Shown: piece by piece, positions 1 to 9,832 of the stretch
Position numbering within the stretch: position 1 is the first letter of the stretch
Layout: the number at the start of each line of letters is the position of its first letter
Assembly (NCBI GenBank): GCA_040389905.1
Contig: JAZJZK010000049.1
Location: 1-57,964 of the forward strand
Direction: 5' to 3'
Source: Gemmatimonadota bacterium
Lineage (GTDB): Bacteria; Gemmatimonadota; Gemmatimonadetes; Gemmatimonadales; Gemmatimonadaceae
Length of the DNA: 57,964 bases
Made by a program: the position numbers and the translations under genes
Notes under the pieces: model-generated
Database searches by the model: none
What the model was told of the DNA's origin: nothing
Seen by the model: only the letters and a program-made list of their open reading frames with translations

Positions 1-97
1 TGCTTCCGGAGCTCTGAAAAGGGGCTGAAGTACCCACTCGATCGGGAGAAGACCCGCTTTTGATTTTGCTTTCGGTTTTGCTTTTTGCCGTTCCGCA

Positions 98-128
98 GTC
101 CTCTGTGTTCCTCTGTCCTCTGTGGTTC
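98..128. repeat. CCTCTGTG/CACAGAGG short tandem repeat element (family C)
   Basis: gtcctctgtgttcctctgtcctctgtggtt; same unit at 55450-55572 and 57917-57964. Confidence 0.75.
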
Positions 129-149
129 AATTGTTATCTCGCAGTCCGA

Positions 150-1598
150 TCAGTGGCTGATATCAACCGCGATGTTCCGCCACTTGCCCTGATTGAAGCG
201 AATGACACTGAGCGCGCACCGCGTCATGTGGCCGATGAGGATCGCCACCCAGATGTGCAGCGGTTGCAACACGCCCATCTGTTTGAGCACGAAGCAGATG
301 CTCAGCGGCACAAGCACCTGTGAGATGATCGAAATGTACAGCGGACTCTTGGTATCGCCGGTGCCCTGAAGTCCGCCGGTGTAGCTGAGCGCCACCGTGA
401 TGAACAACCCGGACACACTCAGCACTCGCAGGAGTTGTGTACCGATCTCGACGACGGCCGGCTCGTTCAGGCCGAACATCGCCAACAACTGCCTCGGAAA
501 AAAGAAGTAGAAGATTCCGAGAAAGGCAGCGCCGACGAGACCGATCCGTGCGGCAACGTGCACTGCTTCGTTCGCGCGATCCGCCTTCATCGCCCCCAGG
601 TTCTGGCCGGCGACTGCGGCGGCCGCTCCCATGAGGCCAACGGACGTCCATGTCACGAAGGAGAACAACTGCGAGTACGAGACGGCAAATGCCGCCTGCG
701 CCGCTGCACTCTGCGCCAGCGATCCGATGAACGACAGCATGAACACGCCGCCGATATTCATCGCGATTCCCTGAATGCCCGTTGGCAACCCGTATCGAAA
801 GAGGGACTTGATGATGACCCAGTCCGGGCCGTAGCTGCCGCCACGCGGGAAGGAGACAACCCATCCGCCGTGAATCAGCTTGTAGAGCGCATAGACGGCA
901 ACGAGCCCGGAACTCGCGCATGTGCCGATGGCTGCGCCCTTGGTTCCGAAGGCGGGAATGGGACCGAAGCCCCGGATGAGGATCACGTTCAGCACGACGT
1001 TGAGAAGCGTCGACACGATACCCAGCACCATCGGCGTGCGGGCATCCCCCGCCGAGCGCAGTGCGCCGCCGAGCATGAAGAACACCATCATCCCCAGGCT
1101 GAACGCGAACATGATGCGAAGGAACGGAAGGGCTTCTGCCTTCACGAGTGGTGCAGCGTTCACGAGGTCGAGCAGGAATGGCGACGCGAAGTAGCCAACC
1201 GGCGCGAGGATGAAGAGCGAGATGCCCACCGCGGTGAGAAAGGCCTGATACACGGTGCGATCGACCTTCTCTTCATCGCCTGCCCCGGCGAAGCGCGACA
1301 CCAATACGCTCATGCCGGTAAAGAGCGACATGATGAAGACGATGACAACGATGAAGATCTGCCAGCTCACGCCGATTGCCGCGTTACCACGGAAGCCGAC
1401 GAAGTGACCGACCATGACATGATCGACGATGCCTTGCAGCCCCCCGATGATGTTCGTGAGCATCGTCGGCCAGGCGATGTTCCAGACCGCGCGCGGCAGC
1501 GACCCCTCGACGATCGAGCGATCGAAACGGCGACTCTCGCGTGCGGGACGAGCGGCCGGCACTACGTCGTCAACTTTGGCTTGTTCGGTCGAGGTCAA
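150..1598 (-). CDS. MATE family efflux transporter
   Basis: 482 aa, about 12 hydrophobic segments, two MatE halves (LRSAGDARTPM; LQGTGDTKSPL); TTG start overlaps upstream stop. Confidence 0.92.
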   Translation of the reverse strand: MTSTEQAKVDDVVPAARPARESRRFDRSIVEGSLPRAVWNIAWPTMLTNIIGGLQGIVDHVMVGHFVGFRGNAAIGVSWQIFIVVIVFIMSLFTGMSVLVSRFAGAGDEEKVDRTVYQAFLTAVGISLFILAPVGYFASPFLLDLVNAAPLVKAEALPFLRIMFAFSLGMMVFFMLGGALRSAGDARTPMVLGIVSTLLNVVLNVILIRGFGPIPAFGTKGAAIGTCASSGLVAVYALYKLIHGGWVVSFPRGGSYGPDWVIIKSLFRYGLPTGIQGIAMNIGGVFMLSFIGSLAQSAAAQAAFAVSYSQLFSFVTWTSVGLMGAAAAVAGQNLGAMKADRANEAVHVAARIGLVGAAFLGIFYFFFPRQLLAMFGLNEPAVVEIGTQLLRVLSVSGLFITVALSYTGGLQGTGDTKSPLYISIISQVLVPLSICFVLKQMGVLQPLHIWVAILIGHMTRCALSVIRFNQGKWRNIAVDISH

Positions 1599-3724
1599 CG
1601 TCCAACGCGCTGGTTGAATGGGAGGGGCGTCGCGGCACGCCCGCGCGCGACATCATCTTCGAGGAGCAACGTACCGTTCTCGAGCCACGATGAAACCATC
1701 GCCGTCGTGATGGCACCAGCGGCGCGTGCTGGTGCGCTCAGTCGCGTTGCCACGCCGGCAGAGCGATTTCTGCCACCGCGCTTGGCAATGTAGGCGGCGT
1801 GATCGGCCAGCGCGATGACCTGCATCCAGCTGTCGGCTTCCGGATCGGCTTCGTTGAAGGGAAACGCCGCGTAGCCAACCGAACACGTCACGCGCACCGC
1901 CATTTCGCCATTGATCCGAATGACTTGGGATTCCACCGCACTCCGGAGACGCTCGGCGTGCATGGCGGCGAGCGACCGATCGGTGAAGCGATCGATCACG
2001 AGGAACTCCTCGCCGCCCCACCGGACCACGACGTCGGATTGTCGGCAGGTCTCGCGCAACACACGCGCAACCTCCTTGAGTACCTGATCCCCGACTGCGT
2101 GACCGTGCTTGTCATTGATTTCCTTGAACTTGTCGATGTCGAGCAGAAGAAAGACGATGTCGGCTTCCTCCGGCTTGAGGCCCCGCTGTGCTGCCTGAAG
2201 ATGTTTCCGCGTGCTGACGGCGATATCCGCCGTGATTGTCTGTTCGACGTAGCGCCGGTTCTTCGCCTCGGTCAGTGGATCGGTGATGCTCAGTTGCTCG
2301 GCAATGCGCGCGTGCTCGATGCGCCGTCGATAGGCGACGAGACCCAGGAGACCCAGAATCACGGCGATCGCGATGACCGCGTTGCGCTGCGATGCCTGCC
2401 GTGCCGCGCGCAGATCGCTCTCCGCTTGATCGCGGCGCATGGCGGCGAGTTCCTTGGCGCGTTTCTCCTCTGCGTAGCGCGTTTCGAGCGACGCGATGCG
2501 GCGGGTCGTAGTTTCATTGTAGATGGAATCGCTCACGGCCTTCGCTCGTTGGAGCGACTTCAGAGCCGCAAGGTTGCTTTGTGCTGCTTCCTGGGCGGCG
2601 GAGAGGGTCTCAAGCGAGCGACGCGTCAGCTCTCGCGAGCCCATCCCGCGCGCTACCTCCAGCGCGCGTTCCGCACTTTGCTGCGCCACCGCGGCGAGTC
2701 CGCGCGCGCGCGCCAGCGACGACCGGGCAAGCAGATTGCCGACGAGCAGACCCTTGTCCTCGAGTCCGAGGCCCTTCTCCTCTGCCAGCGCCATGGCGCG
2801 CTCGGCACGCACCGTGTCGCCGAGTGCGAGGTACGTCAGCGCGAGCGTCCGATGGGAGGTGGAGATCGCCGCCGGGTCCCCCGATTTCTCGCGGATGGCG
2901 AGCGCCTCGGCGTACGCGGTGAGCGCGCGCTTCGGATTGCCGCGCTCGAGGTACATGTCGCCCAGATTGTTCAGCGTACCTCCAATCCGTGCTTGATTGC
3001 CGAGTGCACGACGAATGGTGAGTGCGCGATTGAAGTATTGCGTAGCGTGGTCGTACTGCCGCAGGCGGCCATAGACCACGCCGATGTTGTTGAGCGAGAG
3101 CGATATGGTCGCGCTATCACCACCTTTCTCGCGAAGCTTGAGCGCCTCGAGATGTTGCGCGAGCGCCTGTGGATAATCCGCGAGGTCGGTTGAGTAGACG
3201 AAGCCGAGGTTGTTCAGCGAGTTCGCAATCTCGCGCTCGTCGCCAAGGGAGCGTTGAATCACGAGTGCATCGCGGAACAACGCGACGGCTCGCTCCGGGT
3301 CGCCACGACGCTGCGCGATGGTTCCGAGGTTGCTGATGGCGCGAGCCTGGCCGCGGCGCTGGCCGGTGCGCTCCGCGAGCCGGCGCGCACTGTCCGCGGA
3401 TGCCACCGCCTCGTCGAAGCGTGACAGCTGCATATATGCCCAACCCATTTCGGACAGCGTCAGCACGCTAGCCGCGGAATCCGGGGTTCGCGCCAACTGC
3501 TCCAACGCCTGCGTTCCATACGTAATGGCCTGCGCCGGCCGATCGAGCCGGTAAGCGTCCACGAGCCGCGCGAGCACGCGTGCGCGCTCCACGCCCGACA
3601 GCGTCGGGAGGAGCGCCTCCAGATCGGCCGGCCGAGGGCCCTGCGCGTGGAGCGGCGCAGCAGCGACAGCAAGTGCGATCACGACGAATCGTAGGAGTCT
3701 CGACGACACGTAAAACACCGGCAT
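1595..3724 (-). CDS. TPR-repeat membrane diguanylate cyclase (GGDEF)
   Basis: Signal peptide, TPR repeats (SLNNLG/TLNNLG), TM helix, then DPLT, DIDKFKEINDKHGH, RQSD I-site and GGEEF active site. Confidence 0.93.
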   Translation of the reverse strand: MPVFYVSSRLLRFVVIALAVAAAPLHAQGPRPADLEALLPTLSGVERARVLARLVDAYRLDRPAQAITYGTQALEQLARTPDSAASVLTLSEMGWAYMQLSRFDEAVASADSARRLAERTGQRRGQARAISNLGTIAQRRGDPERAVALFRDALVIQRSLGDEREIANSLNNLGFVYSTDLADYPQALAQHLEALKLREKGGDSATISLSLNNIGVVYGRLRQYDHATQYFNRALTIRRALGNQARIGGTLNNLGDMYLERGNPKRALTAYAEALAIREKSGDPAAISTSHRTLALTYLALGDTVRAERAMALAEEKGLGLEDKGLLVGNLLARSSLARARGLAAVAQQSAERALEVARGMGSRELTRRSLETLSAAQEAAQSNLAALKSLQRAKAVSDSIYNETTTRRIASLETRYAEEKRAKELAAMRRDQAESDLRAARQASQRNAVIAIAVILGLLGLVAYRRRIEHARIAEQLSITDPLTEAKNRRYVEQTITADIAVSTRKHLQAAQRGLKPEEADIVFLLLDIDKFKEINDKHGHAVGDQVLKEVARVLRETCRQSDVVVRWGGEEFLVIDRFTDRSLAAMHAERLRSAVESQVIRINGEMAVRVTCSVGYAAFPFNEADPEADSWMQVIALADHAAYIAKRGGRNRSAGVATRLSAPARAAGAITTAMVSSWLENGTLLLEDDVARGRAATPLPFNQRVGR

Positions 3725-3727
3725 TCT

Positions 3728-5725
3728 CTAAGGCATGAATCCCGCCGCGCGCCACAGCGCGGCACTGTCGAATATGCGTCCATCCTTCATGACGAATCGT
3801 ACGGTGCGAACGTTGGAGATGTTCTCGAGCGGATTCCCGTCGAGCACCAGCAGGTCCGCGCGCTTCCCTGGCTCCAACGTTCCCAACTCTCCGTCGAGCC
3901 GCATCGCCTGTGCGGGCACGATCGTCGCCGCACGCAATGCGTCCATCGGCGAGAATCCTGCCTTTACGTACAACTCCAGCTCACGATACACGCTGAAACC
4001 CGGAACACCCTCGTCTGTGCCAGCCACGATTGGAATCCCGCCCTCGTGCAAGCTCTTGATCATGGCGAGCGAACGCGCCAGGCGAGCGTGTGCCGTCGCG
4101 GTGTCGAGGTTCGCGACCCCCCAGCCCGCGACGCGAAACTGCATGAACGCAGCGGGAAGATGCTGCGTCACGGGCTGGAACGACTGCAGCGGCTCCAGCG
4201 TGGAATGTCCGCCGATCTCATTCCAGGAGACGGTGGGGTCGATCACCGTTCCCTTGGCGCGCAGGTGGGCGATGAGGGCACGAACGCTGTCCGAACCCGG
4301 TTCGCCGCGAACCGAAAGGTGCGCCACCTGGTCCATTCCGGAGTCGACCGCGGCTCGGAGCGTCAGGGAGGTCGGGATGTGGCCCGTGACCGTCATGTGC
4401 AGTGCGTGCGCCTCCGAGGCAATTGCCGAGACGACCGACGGCGAGAGTAGCGAGTACAGCTTCACCTGTTCGAAACCGAGCGCATGGTATGCGCGGACGC
4501 TGCGACGTCCCTCGTCCGGCGTCTCGGCGCTCATTGCGCCAAAGGCGTTCGGTCCGCCGCCGTCGATGAGACCAGCGAGGAGCATGCGCGGACCCTCCAC
4601 ACGGCCAGACGCGATCGCACCGCGCAAGTCGGTCGCGAAGGGCAACTCATTGCCCATGTCGCGAACGGTTGTGACGCCGGCCGACAGGTAGACCGACGCC
4701 CACTCCGCCTGATGGAGGTGGGCGTGCATGTCCCATAGTCCGGCAATCAGTGTCTTTCCCGCGACGGAGACGCGCTTGGCGTCGCTCGGCACCTTCACGC
4801 TCGCACTTGGGCCGGCGGCAACAATCCGTCCACCGGCCACGACGACGGTTGCATCTGAAATCGCCGGGCGGCCAGTACCGTCGATCAACGTGCCGCCAAC
4901 AAGCGCAACGCTGCCCTCTGCGAATGGCTTCTGCTTTGCCGCGACGGTTGCGAGGTCGCGAATCGCCGCGCGAGACGCGACGACCATGAGCTGCTCGTAC
5001 AATGGAACGAGTTCCGCGCGCACGGCCTTGAAGGACAGGCCGCCACCCGCACCAGCGAACAGCGCGAGCCGCCCCGCCGCATCGGTCCATAGATACTCCG
5101 TGCCCCAGATCACCCCATCGATGGCGAATCGCTGAAGCACGATCCTCCCAGAACCCGCCATGACGGTGTCGGCGCCCGCAGCGCGAACGGTGACTGGGTT
5201 GGTCGGGCCACCTGGCACCATCGCGATCGGTGCATGGCTCCCGTGCGACTGCCAGTACCGAACGAGGGCCAAATGCTGGGAAAACGGTTGAAAGGGCGAA
5301 ATCGCGAAGGCCATCGGGGGAAGATCGACCGACGTCGCCACACCATTTCGTAGCACCGAGGCACGCCGACCCTCCACATCGACGCGAGTGACGACGGTGC
5401 GCGTGGTGTCCACCACGCGGACGACGTCGAGGTGCGACGGAGCGTAACCCGCGCCGAGCGACATCGTGGCCGCGAATCGAATGCGGCGCCCGCGATCCAC
5501 GTAGTCGAAGTCCGCCGTCAGTAGCGCGCCGGGACCCTGCTCCGCCAGCTCGTAGCGCTCCCATCCCACCGGCCGGCCCACGTAGTACAGCCGCAGCGAA
5601 TCCTTGATCGGCGGCAGGCTCGAGGCTTCTCGTACTGACCCGCCCTTCGACACGATCGGCCCGCTCGGCGCGAGCGCCCCGCAGAGAACCGCCATCATGC
5701 CAACTGCGCTCGCGCGTCGGTTCAT
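3728..5725 (-). CDS. Exported amidohydrolase family protein
   Basis: Signal-like N-terminus; GLWDMHAH metal motif, GVTTVRDMG, AGTDEG, GTLEPGKRADLLVLDGNPL. Confidence 0.9.
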   Translation of the reverse strand: MNRRASAVGMMAVLCGALAPSGPIVSKGGSVREASSLPPIKDSLRLYYVGRPVGWERYELAEQGPGALLTADFDYVDRGRRIRFAATMSLGAGYAPSHLDVVRVVDTTRTVVTRVDVEGRRASVLRNGVATSVDLPPMAFAISPFQPFSQHLALVRYWQSHGSHAPIAMVPGGPTNPVTVRAAGADTVMAGSGRIVLQRFAIDGVIWGTEYLWTDAAGRLALFAGAGGGLSFKAVRAELVPLYEQLMVVASRAAIRDLATVAAKQKPFAEGSVALVGGTLIDGTGRPAISDATVVVAGGRIVAAGPSASVKVPSDAKRVSVAGKTLIAGLWDMHAHLHQAEWASVYLSAGVTTVRDMGNELPFATDLRGAIASGRVEGPRMLLAGLIDGGGPNAFGAMSAETPDEGRRSVRAYHALGFEQVKLYSLLSPSVVSAIASEAHALHMTVTGHIPTSLTLRAAVDSGMDQVAHLSVRGEPGSDSVRALIAHLRAKGTVIDPTVSWNEIGGHSTLEPLQSFQPVTQHLPAAFMQFRVAGWGVANLDTATAHARLARSLAMIKSLHEGGIPIVAGTDEGVPGFSVYRELELYVKAGFSPMDALRAATIVPAQAMRLDGELGTLEPGKRADLLVLDGNPLENISNVRTVRFVMKDGRIFDSAALWRAAGFMP

Positions 5726-5934
5726 TCGGTGTGGAGAAAAGGGCGAAACCTGCCCGCAACGTCACGGGCCTCAGACCATCTGTGCACCAGACTCATCATC
5801 GGTCGAAATGGTCAACTGTACGGAGGGACAGCAGCCGCGCGTCAGCGCGCTGCGTGCTCGCAGTTTGCCGTGTGTTCGCCCCAAGGTCAGATTTGGACGT
5901 CGAACACTTTTGCCTTCCTTCACCGCCGATATCC

Positions 5935-7818
5935 GTGCGTCACCTCTCATCCCGTATTCTTGCCCTCGCGCTGGTTGCCGCCAGCAGCGGAGCCGCGGCC
6001 GCCCAGTCCGGGGCCAGCAAGGCACAAGACCCCAAGCCGGTCTGGCCGGACGAAGGTCCCTTCAAGTGGGCGCCGCGACCAACGGTCGTGGCGATCACGG
6101 CGAACGACCTGCGGACCCGTCTCTATCAGTTTTCCGACGATTCGATGCTTGGGCGGCGGATCGGGGAGCCCGGTAACATGAAAGGCACCGACTATATCGC
6201 GCGCGAGTTCAAGCGACTGGGCCTCAAGCCCGCCGGCGACAATGGCGGCTACTTCCAGGATCTTGCCTTTGGTCCAATTGGCTTCGACAGCACCCTCGCC
6301 AGCCTCAAGGCGGGTAACAGCAAGCTCGCGCAGAAAACGGCGTGGATTCCACTGGTGCCGTCTGCCGGCAACGGCTTTGGGAACAGGGCGGAACTGGCCA
6401 ACGTACCCACGGTATTCGCCGGCCGGTGGGCCGATACCGCGACCGCGCTTGACCCGGCGGTGTTCAAGGGGAAGGTCGCGGTCTTCGTCGCGACCCCTGC
6501 GAGCATCGGCTTCGCCACCCCGCGTCCGCCGGTACTGCTCCGGTGTGATTCGGTACCCAACAAGTTCGGCGCCGCCAACGCGGCCATCGTGGAAGCGTGG
6601 GTGCGCGACAGCACCGCGCGCACAGGCGGGGCCGCGGGCGGCCGTGGCGGCGGGCGAGGGGGCGGTGCCGGAGGAGCGCGCGACCTCCGTGCGGTGCGCG
6701 CGGGAGCAGCCGGCGTGCTCGTCATCGTCCTCGACTCACTGAGCAGCACGACAGCGAATGCGGCGTTCAACGGCCGCATGACGATGGCGCCAACGACGCA
6801 GAATACCTCCTCAGTGGCTGGGGCCGCGATCTCCCGCGCTGCGGCCGCGACGCTCTTCGGTAAGCCGGTGGACGAGTTGGCGGTCGGCGCAGTTGGTGCG
6901 CCGGTGAGTGGAAACTGGGCCTACGAGTGGCACATCTCGAAGACGCCTGGCCGAAATGTCGTCGCCATCATGCCGGGGTCAGACCCCGCCCGGGCAGCGG
7001 AGTATGTGCTGGTTGGCGCCCACAACGATCATGTCGGTGTGAACACGACCGTCGTCGATCACGACTCGCTCCGCGCGGTGAATACGGTGACACGCCGTCA
7101 GGGCGCGAATGATCCCGCCTGCCGACCGACCGCCGAACAGCAGCATACGATCGATTCCCTGATTGCCCGCGCGCGCAAGATTCGCCCGGCACGACGGGAT
7201 TCCATCATGAACGGCGCAGACGACGATGGCTCCGGGACTGCGGTGCTGCTCGAGATTGCGGAGCAGTTCTCGAAGGAGAAGCCGGCTCGCTCGATCATTT
7301 TCGTGTCGCACGAGGGTGAGGAGGCGGGACTCCTTGGCTCCAAGTGGTTCGTCGACCATCCGACGATTCCGCTGACGTCGATCGTGGCGGCGCACAACAT
7401 GGACATGCTGGGCAAGGGACGTGTCGATCAGGTGAAGTTCGGCGGCCCGACGTCGGTGCAGACGCTCGGCTCGCGCCGGCTGTCGCGCGATTTCGGCGAC
7501 ATCATCGATTCCGTCAACGCCGTGCGCGTGGAAACGATGGCGATCGACAAGACGTGGGAGGTGAGCGCCAATCCGATGAATCGCTTCTGCCGGAGCGACC
7601 AGGTGAATTATGTCACCAAGAACATCCCGGTGACCTATTTCTCGCTCGGCTATGCGCAGGACTATCACCAGCCGACCGACGAGCCACAGTACATCGACTA
7701 CGAGCATTCCGCTCGGCTGGCGCGCTTCATCCACGATGTGATGTTGTCGATCGCGAACCGGAAAGACCGGCCGGCGATTTCGGGCGCCGACCCGACGATG
7801 CCGACCTGCGGGCGGTAG
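5935..7818 (+). CDS. M28 family metallopeptidase with PA-like insert
   Basis: GTG start at 5935 precedes a signal peptide; GAHNDH, NGADDDGSG, GEEAGLLGS, NMDM, DYHQPTDE motifs. Confidence 0.9.
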   Translation: MRHLSSRILALALVAASSGAAAAQSGASKAQDPKPVWPDEGPFKWAPRPTVVAITANDLRTRLYQFSDDSMLGRRIGEPGNMKGTDYIAREFKRLGLKPAGDNGGYFQDLAFGPIGFDSTLASLKAGNSKLAQKTAWIPLVPSAGNGFGNRAELANVPTVFAGRWADTATALDPAVFKGKVAVFVATPASIGFATPRPPVLLRCDSVPNKFGAANAAIVEAWVRDSTARTGGAAGGRGGGRGGGAGGARDLRAVRAGAAGVLVIVLDSLSSTTANAAFNGRMTMAPTTQNTSSVAGAAISRAAAATLFGKPVDELAVGAVGAPVSGNWAYEWHISKTPGRNVVAIMPGSDPARAAEYVLVGAHNDHVGVNTTVVDHDSLRAVNTVTRRQGANDPACRPTAEQQHTIDSLIARARKIRPARRDSIMNGADDDGSGTAVLLEIAEQFSKEKPARSIIFVSHEGEEAGLLGSKWFVDHPTIPLTSIVAAHNMDMLGKGRVDQVKFGGPTSVQTLGSRRLSRDFGDIIDSVNAVRVETMAIDKTWEVSANPMNRFCRSDQVNYVTKNIPVTYFSLGYAQDYHQPTDEPQYIDYEHSARLARFIHDVMLSIANRKDRPAISGADPTMPTCGR

Positions 7819-7941
7819 TTCAGTTTTTCTGGAACGGCGAGCCGTTTACTCGGCCGCCGTTCCTGCGTTGTGAGCGCGACAATGTGTTGTACGTACGCGA
7901 CACCATGACTGGGTTGCGAACAGGTTAATTCGCTCATCAAC

Positions 7942-7960
7942 TGTTATAACATGTTATAGC
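7942..7960. promoter_or_regulatory. AT-rich palindrome, putative transcription-factor operator
   Basis: TATAACATGTTATA perfect 14-bp palindrome (7945-7958) overlapping TGTTATAACA, in an AT-rich patch upstream of the PEP-CTERM gene. Confidence 0.4.
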
Positions 7961-8117
7961 ACCGACACTTACGCAACATACGTGAAAACAGCTGATTAGG
8001 CGTCAGACTTGCCGAAGCGTAGGTCAGTTGTACCGACGCGCTTGGTTGCGTCGAAAATCTTCGGGCGACGACGCCCGATTGCCTGCAAGTTGCTCGCATC
8101 CAATCGGACGCTACTCC

Positions 8118-8978
8118 ATGCGCGTTACCCTCCGCCTCACCGCTGTCCTCGCGTTCGCTACCGTCACCGCCCAGATGGCAGGCGCGCAGCTCTTCCCGAG
8201 CTATCCCTCGGTGACGCTGCTGGACTACGCGAACAGCCAGCTGGAAGGCTTTCCCAACTGCAGTGCAGATGGGGCGGATATTCCCGTGTCGAGCGCCGCG
8301 TGCCTGAACGTGTCGCACATCGGTGGAACGGGGAGTGCGAGCGCTTCGCGGCACACGGGAAACCGCCAGATGGAAGCCCACGCGAGTCTCTCGCAAGCGG
8401 GCGACAATTATAGCATGGATTCCGAGGCCTTTTCCGCCGTCGGCACGTGGAATCTGCTGCATTTCAACATGGAAGCGTTCGAAGGCAATCAACTCGTCTT
8501 CCATTTTGCGACGGTGGAAAGCGCTGGCCTCGGCACGGGCACTGATGACTACACCTACCTCAGCTACGGACTGTACCTGAACGGTGTCCAATACGAACAC
8601 TCTGAAGGAAGCAGCTGCGGTTGCGTCGACGAGCCAGATCCGGATTTTTACTACGAGGTTGTCTCCGGCGGGGTTGACTTCCATATGGCCGTCGGGGAGT
8701 GGGAGTCGTTCTCCGATCTGGACTACTTCGCAGCGGTATTCGCCGATGCGTCAATTGGCAACGAGCCGGGATCGCTCTCTGTGTTCGCGAACATGGCGGC
8801 AACGTTGACCGGCATCGACCTCATCGACGGAAACAACCTGCGTGCATCGGCGACGTTCGATGGGTCTACCGGCGACGCCTACATTGGCGAGACACCGGAG
8901 CCCGCCTCGCTGGTGCTCCTCGGTACCGGCCTCGCCGGTCTTGCGGTCGCCGCGCGTCGTCGTCGCAAAGCGATCTAA
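8118..8978 (+). CDS. PEP-CTERM sorting domain protein
   Basis: Signal peptide; C-terminal TPEPASLVLLGTGLAGLAVAARRRRK. Confidence 0.92.
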   Translation: MRVTLRLTAVLAFATVTAQMAGAQLFPSYPSVTLLDYANSQLEGFPNCSADGADIPVSSAACLNVSHIGGTGSASASRHTGNRQMEAHASLSQAGDNYSMDSEAFSAVGTWNLLHFNMEAFEGNQLVFHFATVESAGLGTGTDDYTYLSYGLYLNGVQYEHSEGSSCGCVDEPDPDFYYEVVSGGVDFHMAVGEWESFSDLDYFAAVFADASIGNEPGSLSVFANMAATLTGIDLIDGNNLRASATFDGSTGDAYIGETPEPASLVLLGTGLAGLAVAARRRRKAI

Positions 8979-9003
8979 CGCTCAGTCGCTGCTCCTCTGA
9001 TTC

Positions 9004-9033
9004 AAGGGACCTGCGCTCGTTGGCAGGTCCTTT
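9004..9033. terminator. Rho-independent (probably bidirectional) terminator
   Basis: AAGGGACCTGC-loop-GCAGGTCCTTT between convergent genes. Confidence 0.7.
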
Positions 9034-9039
9034 CTCGTT

Positions 9040-9768
9040 TCAGCCTTTCTCGCCGAGAAACGCTGCCGCAAAGTCCGCGCGCCCGTTGGCCAACGCTTGT
9101 TGCGCGACCACGCTCCAGTCGTAGTCGAGCGCGAACAGTTGCACGCGCCACCTGCCCTTTCGCTCCTCGGCAATGGCGTAGCGGGCGTGTGGAGAGCCGC
9201 ATTCGGAGATGAATGCGTCGTCATCATCCGCGTAGCGCGGACAACCGACACTTCCGGGATTCACGACGAGGCAGTCGCCGACGCTCGCAACCTGTGCGTG
9301 GTGACTGTGCCCGCACAGCAGCAGGCGCGCCGCCACGTCGCCGATTCGTTCCGCGACGGACCTCCGAGACGCGAGTGCGAGCCGCCCCGCCACTTTGTCG
9401 TGCAGCAGATATGCGCTGTCGTCGTTCGGTGTGCCGTGCACGGCGACGATTCCACCCTCGAGGTCGACGCGTGTGGGTAGGGCGGCGAGCGCGACTTTTT
9501 GCTCCGCCGAAAGTGAGTCGTACGTGAAGCGCATCGAACGAGGCATGTCGTCGCGCGGCGTCTCACTCAACAGACGATCATGGTTGCCGCGCACCGTCGG
9601 CATGTCGATGACGGAGAGCAATTCAATCGTCTCCCGCGGCCAGAGCGGCCCGGTGGCGCAATCGCCGAGGTTGATGATCGCGTCCGTGCCGCGCGCCTCG
9701 ATGTCGTCGAGGACCGCTTCGAGCGCCGCGAGGTTGCCGTGAATGTCGGAGAGGATTGCGAGGCGCAT
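9040..9768 (-). CDS. Metallophosphoesterase (YfcE/calcineurin-like)
   Basis: SDIHGN, LGD, GNHD, HG, GHSH, NPGSVG motifs; ATG at 9768. Confidence 0.92.
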   Translation of the reverse strand: MRLAILSDIHGNLAALEAVLDDIEARGTDAIINLGDCATGPLWPRETIELLSVIDMPTVRGNHDRLLSETPRDDMPRSMRFTYDSLSAEQKVALAALPTRVDLEGGIVAVHGTPNDDSAYLLHDKVAGRLALASRRSVAERIGDVAARLLLCGHSHHAQVASVGDCLVVNPGSVGCPRYADDDDAFISECGSPHARYAIAEERKGRWRVQLFALDYDWSVVAQQALANGRADFAAAFLGEKG

Positions 9769-9832
9769 ATCAAACTGCTGGACGGGCGGCCGCGCTTCGA
9801 CGTAACTTCGCCGGAACCTTGGCGGTCTCAAC

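Noticed and set aside
1..63. 3' end of an upstream plus-strand gene
   Set aside because: It is too short to determine frame or identity.
435..1793. Long antisense/shadow ORFs (also 1799-3193, 23760-25808, 38373-39593, 43560-45479 and others)
   Set aside because: They lie opposite well-supported genes, lack motifs, and are expected in high-GC DNA.
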